NCBI GenBank assembly: GCA_963845065.1
Contig: CAWJQQ010000001.1
Coordinates: 704,001 to 768,000, forward strand
Length of the DNA stretch: 64,000 nucleotides
Reading direction: 5' to 3'
Source: Nitrospirota bacterium
GTDB taxonomy: Bacteria; Nitrospirota; UBA9217
Translations under genes and position numbers: made by a program
Notes under the pieces: generated by a model
Databases searched by the model: none
What the model saw: the letters and a program-made list of their open reading frames with translations, nothing else
Told to the model about the DNA's origin: nothing
Shown: piece by piece, positions 1 through 8,046 of the stretch
Layout of the letters: every line of letters begins with the position of its first letter
How positions within the stretch are numbered: the first letter of the stretch is position 1

Positions 1-73
1 AATTGATACGGGTCAGGAATCGCGCCGTATGTTCTGAGTATTGAGATCCATCTGTTGCAAGTAATATTTTCAT
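1..73 (-). CDS. Universal stress protein (UspA family), 5' end only, truncated by the window edge
   Basis: The reverse strand from ATG at 73 reads MKILLATDGSQYSEHTARFLTRIN, matching the USP N-terminal motif (KILxATDGS). An AGGTG RBS-like sequence lies upstream. Confidence 0.75.
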   Translation of the reverse strand, partial: MKILLATDGSQYSEHTARFLTRIN

Positions 74-593
74 GATTTCACCTGATTTTCATCCGAGATG
101 CAGCGCATCAGCGCTTAAAAAAGCCGCGACTTGCAAAATAACTCTGGAACCTGTCGTGCAGCGTTTCGACTCTTTACTACACGATATTATTATAGCAGTT
201 TTAAGAATATTATTAAGTCTCAAATACAAAATATGCGTAGAAGGTTCCGATACAGTTTTATGTTTAGCGGAAATTATTACTGGCAAGAAAAGGCAGAACT
301 ATTGCAAATTTCAACCAGCAATTTTCGATACCAAATGCACTGAGTCTAACGAAAAAACTCACTGGGAGCCTGGATGTTTCGGCGATCCAGTAAGGTGGCT
401 CATCATGCATGCCTGCATTTATTATTAATATTCACTGCTTCGCTTGTTGTCTTTTGGCATTTGAATCTACTATGAGATTTATTTGGAAACGTCTCTTTTT
501 GCTAAATTTCACAGGACTCCTAAAAAGTTCTTCGAGCATTTTACAGCAAGGTCAGTGTAATATACAATCTCCAAAAGACGCAACTGTCGAGGA

Positions 594-1277
594 CTAAAAG
601 AACGAATGTGTTGATAGCAAATAATATCTGTAGAGAACTAACTTAAAGTACTCGGACAGAAGTTCGTACAACGTAGCATGATAGTTTGATGCATAAATGA
701 AAAGACCTATACGACGTCCTTTTACATATTTTAAAAATGCTAACCATGTCCTCATGGTGTGATAAGGAGAAGTCACCAAGATCAAATGCTTATAGGCCCT
801 CTTAGAAGAAATGTCAGCAATACCTTTTGCCTCTGCCAGCGTACCGAAGAGACTATGTTTTAATGCCACCAGTTCTATATCCTCCTTCTTCACGCCGTGA
901 TCAGCCAATTTATTTATAAGCCATTCATCATTTGTTAAATTTCTGCCAAGCGTATGATCGTATTCAGTTATCCCTGGTCTGTTTAATGACAATATTTTTT
1001 TACACAAGCCGTGATGATACAACTCTGCAGCAGTTTCGGTTTTTCTTTCAAGCTCAGCTTGTGATCCGCCTAATAGATAAATAATATTATCTGTTTGTGA
1101 AGGCGAGATATAAGGACTCTTCGGGAGGGGCTCAACTCTCGTTAATTGTTTGATTAGCAGGCTATAAAGTTCATTGTGGCCAGGAAAGGTTTCAACGCTA
1201 ATAAATAACAGGCAAAAGATGGCAAAAACGCTGGCCCAGAGAACGAAGGATACTTTCTTAATAAGATATTTGTTCAT
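594..1277 (-). CDS. YdcF/ElyC-like (DUF218) membrane-anchored protein
   Basis: N-terminal TM helix, IIYLLGG motif, and GTLAEA...LILVTSPYHTMR...EYFKL motifs typical of DUF218. Confidence 0.8.
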   Translation of the reverse strand: MNKYLIKKVSFVLWASVFAIFCLLFISVETFPGHNELYSLLIKQLTRVEPLPKSPYISPSQTDNIIYLLGGSQAELERKTETAAELYHHGLCKKILSLNRPGITEYDHTLGRNLTNDEWLINKLADHGVKKEDIELVALKHSLFGTLAEAKGIADISSKRAYKHLILVTSPYHTMRTWLAFLKYVKGRRIGLFIYASNYHATLYELLSEYFKLVLYRYYLLSTHSFF

Positions 1278-1758
1278 CGATATTATTGAGCGTTGATAAG
1301 GCTATATCGTGACATAATCAGGTCGAGTGTCGTATACCGTAAATGGATTTATTCTTTGCAAGTATGCTCGCTGTAATCCATAGTCACAGAATTCTCCAGC
1401 AGATCGGAATCAACCTATACATCAATTAACATTTGGAATGCACTTTTTTTACATTTACGAACATGAACCTATAAGTACAACTTTCTTAGTAGAGGGGAAT
1501 ACATAAATTAAAAAAGGAAAAGATAAATTGGGCAGTCTATATAGAAAAAAATTAATATAAAAATCTCTCCAAATAGAAACCTCCTGTTAAGAATGTGTTA
1601 TTGGGGAAGTCAATTCTTGAACAGGAGGTTTAGGATGGATCGCTTTATGTTACCAGGCTTCTAGGGTTTTGTCAATTTGAGAACGAGAAGAATCAGTCGC
1701 CGCTCTTAGCAGTACTTGCAATGATTCAGGAATCCATAACCTTCAAGCCGGAAGGATG

Positions 1759-3777
1759 TCAAATGGTCATTGTAGCCTCATTTGAATAGCTGCTTTCCTG
1801 TCCTGATATATCTACGTCAGTAACGACAAAATAATACGTTCCGGGGAGGAGGTTCAATGTTTGTGTTATGGTCGTAGTCCCGGGATTTGAAAAATTCACT
1901 ACCTGTGTATACGCGTTGCTTGCGGTTCCATAATATATTTTATACGTTGATATATCTGTAGCTGGATTCAACGGAGTCCCATCCGAATAAGACGTTGGGG
2001 CGTCCCAGGTAAGCGTTACGACAGTGGGTGCCGTAACTGTCAGTGAAGCAGTTCCCGAAGCGCCACTCCAGATAGACGAGATTAGGGTTGATCCTGCGGC
2101 AACAGCAGTGGCAAGTCCTCTTGAGCCAACTGCATTGCTGACCGTTGCTACACCTGCGGTAGAGGAACTCCAGGTAACTGACGCAGTCAGGTTCTGCGTT
2201 GTGTTGTCTGAGAACGTGCCGGTTGCCGTAAACTGCTGCGTCGACCCAGTAGCAAGAGAAGCAATAAGAGGCGTTACGGCGATTGAAAGCAATGTCGCCG
2301 GAGTTACCGTCAATAGAGTTGATCCTGATTTGTTCCCTAATGTCGCCGTGAGCGTCGCCGACCCGACTGCCACCGGTGTCGCCAATCCATTTGAGCCGGC
2401 AGCATTGCTTATGGCTGCGATAGACGATGCCGATGAACCCCAGGTCACTGCCGTTGTCAGGTTTTGCGTCGAACCGTCGGAGTACGTCCCTGTAACAGTG
2501 AATTGCCGGGTGGTCCCTAACGCTATGCTCGGGCTGGACGGCATTATTGCCAGGGAGACGAGCGTTGCCTGCGTTACCGTAAGAGTCGTGCTTCCGGAAA
2601 TGCCTCCCAATGTCGCCGTGATGGTCGTTGACCCGACTGCCACCGGTGTCGCAAATCCATTTGAGCCGGCAGCATTGCTTATGGCTGCGACAGACGATGC
2701 CGATGAACCCCAGGTCACTGCCGTTGTCAGGTTTTGCGTCGAACCGTCGGAGTACGTCCCTGTAACAGTGAATTGCTGGGTGGTCCCTAACGCTATGCTC
2801 GGGCTGGATGGCGTTATTGCCAGGGAGACGAGCGTTGCCTGCGTTACCGTAAGAGTCGTGCTACCGGAAATGCCTCCCAATGTCGCCGTGATAGTCGTTG
2901 ACCCGGCTGCCAGCGGTGTCGCAAATCCATTTGAACCGGCAGCATTGCTAATTGTTGCTGCCGAAAGCGACGCAGAACCCCAGGTCACCAATTTTGTCAA
3001 ATCCTGCGTTGTATTGTCGGAGTAAGTCCCTGTAGCGATAAAGTTTTGCAATGTTCCCACTGCAATGTTTGGATTGGTCGGAGTGACCGAAATGAACACG
3101 AGTCTTGCGGGGGTCACTGACAGCGTCGTTGACCCCGAAACACTCCCCAATGCGGCCATGACCGTTGTTGATCCTGAGGCCACTGAGGTGGCCAATCCAT
3201 TGGAGCCTGCTGTATTGCTGATGGTTGCCACGGCCGCTGAAGACGAACTCCAGTTCACTAACGCAGTCAAGTCCTGAGTTGTGTTATCAGAAAATGTACC
3301 AATGGCAGTAAACTGGTGGTTCGTTCCCGCTGCAATGCTTGAATTGGTCGGTGTGACTGCTATAGACACAAGCGTTGCCGACGTAACATTCAGTGTGATC
3401 GATCCCCAGATGCCGCCCAGAGTCGCTTTAATAATTGTATTGCCGATGCCTCTGGCGATTACAGTAATATGCCCGGGAGAGTTTACCGCTGATGCAGTCA
3501 AGCTAGCGGAGTTGATTGTTGCTACGCTAGTATCAGTCGAAATCCATGTCGCAGAAGTTGTTAGGTCTTGTGTCGTGTTATCCGTATACGTGCCAACCGC
3601 CGTGAACTGTTGGCTCGTGCCCGTTGCTATTATCGAAGTAGTTGGTGTTATGTTAAGGGATACGAGTTGAGCCTGTTTGCCACTTGTGGAGGTTGGAATA
3701 CTGCTCACGCCGCATCCAATTAGATTTGAAATAAACAATGATACCAGGAGAACGGAATATATCTTCTTGCTTAACAT
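1759..3777 (-). CDS. Surface lipoprotein with six Big_2 (Lig/invasin-like) Ig repeats and a C-terminal FN3-like domain (copy A)
   Basis: Signal peptide with lipobox LIGC. Six ~90-aa repeats of LxSIxVTP...QQFTAxGTYSD...VTWxSS. C-terminal VTLTWDAP...YKIYYGT...YYFVV...ESxYSNE. Start placed at ATG 3777 (GGAAGG RBS) because the ORF-track start at 3828 falls inside the riboswitch terminator. Confidence 0.9.
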   Translation of the reverse strand: MLSKKIYSVLLVSLFISNLIGCGVSSIPTSTSGKQAQLVSLNITPTTSIIATGTSQQFTAVGTYTDNTTQDLTTSATWISTDTSVATINSASLTASAVNSPGHITVIARGIGNTIIKATLGGIWGSITLNVTSATLVSIAVTPTNSSIAAGTNHQFTAIGTFSDNTTQDLTALVNWSSSSAAVATISNTAGSNGLATSVASGSTTVMAALGSVSGSTTLSVTPARLVFISVTPTNPNIAVGTLQNFIATGTYSDNTTQDLTKLVTWGSASLSAATISNAAGSNGFATPLAAGSTTITATLGGISGSTTLTVTQATLVSLAITPSSPSIALGTTQQFTVTGTYSDGSTQNLTTAVTWGSSASSVAAISNAAGSNGFATPVAVGSTTITATLGGISGSTTLTVTQATLVSLAIMPSSPSIALGTTRQFTVTGTYSDGSTQNLTTAVTWGSSASSIAAISNAAGSNGLATPVAVGSATLTATLGNKSGSTLLTVTPATLLSIAVTPLIASLATGSTQQFTATGTFSDNTTQNLTASVTWSSSTAGVATVSNAVGSRGLATAVAAGSTLISSIWSGASGTASLTVTAPTVVTLTWDAPTSYSDGTPLNPATDISTYKIYYGTASNAYTQVVNFSNPGTTTITQTLNLLPGTYYFVVTDVDISGQESSYSNEATMTI
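1921..2688. repeat. 768-bp inverted repeat, left copy (partner 8827-9594)
   Basis: Reverse complement of 8827-9594; both endpoint pairs sum to 11515. Sense and antisense translations are identical and spot checks found no mismatch. Confidence 0.92.
2371..2910. repeat. Near-identical 270-bp tandem repeat units (one Big_2 domain each)
   Basis: 2371-2640 and 2641-2910 both start caccggtgtcgc.aatccatttgagccggc and differ at only a few positions. Similarity continues, more weakly, past 2911. Confidence 0.9.
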
Positions 3778-3810
3778 TGCTATGAACCTTCCCTTCTCTG
3801 AATGAGCAAT

Positions 3811-3843
3811 AAAAAAAGCCGCCAGCAATTGCCTCTGGCGGCT
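3811..3843 (-). terminator. Intrinsic terminator forming the riboswitch expression platform
   Basis: Minus strand AGCCGCCAG-aggcaattg-CTGGCGGCT followed by a U tract. The 5' arm overlaps the 3' strand of the aptamer. Confidence 0.85.
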
Positions 3844-3921
3844 CGGCGGACGTTGTATCCATCATTCGTTAGTCCCGTGGCTCTGCGTCCCTGGGTTTCC
3901 CCAGGTTTGCTCTGAACAGAG
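3833..3921 (-). ncRNA. c-di-GMP-I (GEMM-I) class riboswitch aptamer, A20 variant (candidate 3',3'-cGAMP sensor)
   Basis: Minus strand CTCTGTTCAGAGCAAACCTGGGGAAACCCAGGGACGCAGAGCCACGGGACTAAC...CCGCCGAGCCGCCAGAG. It has P1 CTCTG/CAGAG, GCAAAC, a GAAA tetraloop stem, GGGACGCA.AGCC and a terminal GCCGCC. Confidence 0.88.
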
Positions 3922-4248
3922 TGAGAATTAACACGTTACATTTCTCGTATTCTCAAATATCGCACGATCGTATATATCGCGTGACTATATCTTACTGGGC
4001 GTCTTTCATATTGTCTGTGATTCTTATTACATTTTCAGTCCTGTCAGGTTGTTACGCAAAAAGGTAATATTGGTATGATCACGATGTTTTTTTTCGTGAA
4101 CGGACGTTTCGTTATTCTGTTGAAAAATTGCATTTTATAAAAAAGTCGACCTCCAATATCTGTAGAATTTTGTTGCTACTGGGAAAAGTGCAATCAACTC
4201 TTGATAATCGCCACGAGAAGATAAACACTGACCAAACACTTTAAACAA

Positions 4249-5203
4249 CTCCGCAACCCTGGATTTATCCATGGGGATAGAGGTGCTTGAGTTATAGCGG
4301 ACATAGTGGACATTTAATCACTTATATGATATGCTAAATATAGTTGTCTTGGCAAAGCAAGTGGAATCACCATCATTTATCCATGAGTTGCCTCTTCTGG
4401 TCAATAAATCCCGGCAGAGGCACTTCTCACACGCATGGAGACGGCCTGGCAGCTTTATAATGCCTTGGCGAATCTCTTAAACGATTAGACCCCATGCGAG
4501 GACCCAAGCAATATCAAGAGGCCCGTATTGCCCCCCCTATGCGGATAAGGAAAGCGGTCAAGAGCGTTTAAGGCGGTAAATGAGAAGTTTAGCTTTTCTG
4601 CGTTCAGCTTGCATAAGTTCGCTGTTAAGACAAAGAACGCTTGCCACCATACGGTCCAGAAGATTGCTACACGGGCTTTTGATGCGGCACAGAAATATGC
4701 TTTCAGGAAAAGAGGCAGGCCGAGGTTTAAAGGCAAGCGTCAACTCGTGGGAGCTCGCAAATGAGGTTTTGGCTTTAGACAAAGTCATTAATCTGGAAAT
4801 ATGTGCTACAAATCATTTCAGCGCATTTTTGGTAAAAGCGTGGGTTTAAGGGCTCCGGGGACGTTTGCAAAAATTACTTGCTCGTGCATATCACGTAAAA
4901 GATGGCGTTCTCGATTCTGCTGGGGCAGCAATGTTCTGGTCGGGTGCGGAACCGCTCCTTAAACAGACTATATCGCAACTGCATCAACAATCTGCGAATG
5001 CGAGGAGTGCTTTTCCTCAAAGCTTCGGCCTCAAACAAAGTACTCGTTTAGGCCAGAGCGAGAGTAGATCGCCTGTGAAAGAAAATCATGCCAAACTCAA
5101 TGTTCAGGATGTTGTAAGGGCGGGCCATTGCTGTCGTGAGAACTCCGAAGAGAGAATGGTTAAGGTTTTCAGAACTCCCTGACTTTAGTCTCGGGAAGGT
5201 TCA
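4249..5203 (+). mobile_element. tnpB: Decayed IS200/IS605-family element with tnpB pseudogene fragments
   Basis: Left-end-like hairpin ccctggatttatccatggggat. Fragments read WQLYNAL, VQKIATRAFDAAQKYAFRKRGRPRFKGKRQL, FSAFLV and WSGAEPLL. Right-end-like agaactccctgactttagtctcgggaaggttca. Stops and a large internal deletion are present. Confidence 0.7.
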
Positions 5204-5439
5204 GGGCTAATTTATTTTTCCCGAAAGGTAGCCCATGGAATAGCAGACATGCAGAGATCTATTGTCGTTGAACTCAGCACATAGGCAGTCAGTTCAAATT
5301 GAGACAAAGCTCCTAGTATCCTAGAGCTATCTAACAATACTCGCAGGCATATAACTGAAGTCCTGGTAAATGCTGATGCCCAGTCTTTCGTTGGAGTCTA
5401 CCTGCGTGGGCTTGGCTTTTAACTTCTAAAGACAATGTC

Positions 5440-6819
5440 CTAGATGACAACTGTCACGACATCGTGCACTAACGTTCTTTGACAATCGAGTAGCCACATT
5501 CTGTACTATCATGGACACCACTAAATACAAAGGTGGTGTTCATGAAAAAGAAAGTGCAGCAGGAACGAGCGGCAACTGTGCAACGGTATCTCGCCGGAGA
5601 AGACCCGGAGAGTATCTGCGCCTCATTGGGTAGATCGCGGCGATGGCTGTACAAGTGGTTGGCGCGGCATATCCCTGACGATTCTGCTTGGTATGAAGAT
5701 TTATCACGGCGTCCCTTGGTAAACCCACACCGCACACCTGCGGAGATCGAAAAGATCGTCGAGATGGTGCGATGGCGTCTGTACAACAATGATCTTTTCT
5801 GTGGAAGCCAAGCTATTCTCTGGGAAATGGAGGACATGAACATTCAGCCGTTTCCCTCCATTAGTACAGTTGACCGGATCTTGCGCCGCCGTGAATTGAC
5901 CTATAGGCGGACCGGACGATATACTCCAAAAGGAAAGAAATATCCGTCGCTCCCGGCGCTCTTGCTTAATCAAACCCATCAGGTTGATCTGGTCGGCCCT
6001 TGCTACCTTACCGGCCCAATTCGTTTCTACAGCCTGCATGCGGTCGATACTGCGACCAACCGATGTGGTATAGAGCCGATGCCCTCCAAAGCAGCGCAAA
6101 ACGTTTTGGACGCCGTTCATGCGGTTTGGCTGCGCATGGGCATCCCGGAGAACCTTCAGGTGGACAATGAGATGGCCTTTTTCGGGAGCCCGATTCATCC
6201 CCGCGGCATGGGGCCACTTATTCGTTTCTGCCTGCATTATGGCGTTAAGCTATGGTTTATTCCACCATCCGAACCGTGGTGGAATGGAATCGTCGAGAAG
6301 TTCAATGACCATTACGAACAGAAATTTTTCTACAAGGTTCCTATGGCCTCATTGACGCAGCTTCGGCAAGAATCACTGGCATTCGAGCACTGGCATAACA
6401 GCACCTATCGCTACAGCAAACTTAAGGGGAAAACGCCCCTCAAGGCGTTGGCTGCTACAGAGAAGAAATTAATCTTCCCGAGCAAGAGAGATACCCCAAA
6501 GCACCCCTTGGATAAGCCGGAGGAAGGTTCCTATCACCTCGTACGATTCATTCGAAGCGAATGCCGGCTGAATATCTTTGATGAAATATTCCCAGCTCCA
6601 TCGGAGACCCAATACGAATACATTGTGGCTACTGTCGATGTCAAAGAACAAAAGCTCAAGCTCTTCTTGGATACGATCCAGGTAGAAGAATATCCTTATT
6701 TGCTACGATGCCCATTGAAAATGGTCACGGCATCGGAAGATCAGATGGTTTCAGAGTTTCGATTGAACGATGTAGTGACAGTTTTTCTTGTGCACGATGT
6801 CCTGACAGTCATCACCTAG
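5440..6819 (+). mobile_element. IS481-like insertion sequence with ~29-bp imperfect terminal inverted repeats
   Basis: Left end tagatgacaactgtcacgacatcgtgcac matches the reverse complement of the right end, taggtgatgactgtcaggacatcgtgcac. CTAG occurs at both outer borders. Confidence 0.75.
5542..6819 (+). CDS. DDE transposase (HTH plus rve integrase core), IS481-like
   Basis: N-terminal HTH (ICASLGRSRRWLYKW) and D-D-E motifs HQVDLVG, LQVDNEM and NGIVEKFN. Confidence 0.85.
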   Translation: MKKKVQQERAATVQRYLAGEDPESICASLGRSRRWLYKWLARHIPDDSAWYEDLSRRPLVNPHRTPAEIEKIVEMVRWRLYNNDLFCGSQAILWEMEDMNIQPFPSISTVDRILRRRELTYRRTGRYTPKGKKYPSLPALLLNQTHQVDLVGPCYLTGPIRFYSLHAVDTATNRCGIEPMPSKAAQNVLDAVHAVWLRMGIPENLQVDNEMAFFGSPIHPRGMGPLIRFCLHYGVKLWFIPPSEPWWNGIVEKFNDHYEQKFFYKVPMASLTQLRQESLAFEHWHNSTYRYSKLKGKTPLKALAATEKKLIFPSKRDTPKHPLDKPEEGSYHLVRFIRSECRLNIFDEIFPAPSETQYEYIVATVDVKEQKLKLFLDTIQVEEYPYLLRCPLKMVTASEDQMVSEFRLNDVVTVFLVHDVLTVIT

Positions 6820-8046
6820 AGCTTTGGTTGATGGGAATAGAGACATTTTCTCAAAACTCATATAATCAGAAACTATATTCGGCATTATCTGCTAATAAAA
6901 AATATAACTTTGATTTGACCTGGGATCTCACTGCGAAAGCAGTTACTCAACGTGATTCCAACTTTAGTAATACACTAAAACAACTCCTTCTATACCACAA
7001 TTTTAACTTGAACTGTCCTTGCATAAGTGATACACTTTTCCCCGTTAACATGAGCCTGCTGTAGGGGCTCATCCTAAATTGCTGGATGCCTTTCACGCGT
7101 CGGTGAAGGGATATAGATCAGGTTCTTACGTTCCATGAACATCGCCCTGATGATATGGTTTAAAGTAAACATAACTTACCCGTAGTTCGTCTAGTATTTG
7201 ATTAAAGTAATCAACAAGGATAGTTTATTGCCACCGAGATTTGCGTTAGTACCGCGTTGTTGCTGGTTTCCAACGATTACTGCAATCTACAATTCCAGAT
7301 GGCAAATTGAGTAATACTTCAAGCCGACGTCTCGGTACGAGTTTCAGCAACACCGAAATCGTTTTTAACCTTCACATAAAGAATTTTATTATCTGACGAA
7401 CAAAGCGAAGGAATCGGGCTGTATAGTTTTGATTTTTATCGGGGACTAATGAAATGATAGAAAAGCTTCACGCTATTTAATTCCTTGTTGCATATTTCAT
7501 AAAAAATGGAATTTTCTCCGCTGAAATCGCTGTTACCAATCCGGGATGGCCGGATGGAACGGCATATATAGTAGTGGCTCGAATTCTAAAGGCAATTGGT
7601 CCGTCACAAATGGTTTACGATGAATTCGATAGCACACTCCTGGATGAAAGCAAAAATTCTTTCGGCATTCCGGAAATTTCCACTCTTGACTGAGCCAGTT
7701 TTTGGAGATCGTCACAACCCAATAATCCACTTCTTTCCACCTAGCACAATAATTCGGGGGAGGTTCCCGTAGGATTCTAGAGTTCTCGATAGCTTTGTCA
7801 AAAAGAAAAAAATATTAAGTTAATAAGGCAACGTAATCAATTTGTCTCGGCGTTTGGGTCCGGACCATCTTCCGCGATAATCCCGGCAACAGAAGTACAA
7901 CAAACTATCAATAAGATTACCAACCGGACATCGACAGAAGGTCGATATGTAAACACTATACGGAAAATTCCAGGTAATAAAACCCGGCAAATGGAAACAA
8001 AGTAACGAAACATTCCGTGAGGGGTACCTCATGTGAGGTAGATCGC

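Noticed and set aside
318..333. Sigma54 promoter-like TGGTAT...TTGC on the minus strand
   Set aside because: The GG-to-GC spacing is one base too long.
2024..3670. Long antisense ORFs (2024-3025, 3065-3277, 3281-3670 and 8760-9491)
   Set aside because: They are shadow frames of the Thr/Ala/Ser-rich Ig genes. They were useful only as evidence that the repeat is identical.
6820..8016. ORFs or ncRNA in the 1.2-kb AT-rich spacer upstream of copy B
   Set aside because: Only short ORFs without motifs or RBS are present, and no GEMM or other recognisable RNA motif was found.
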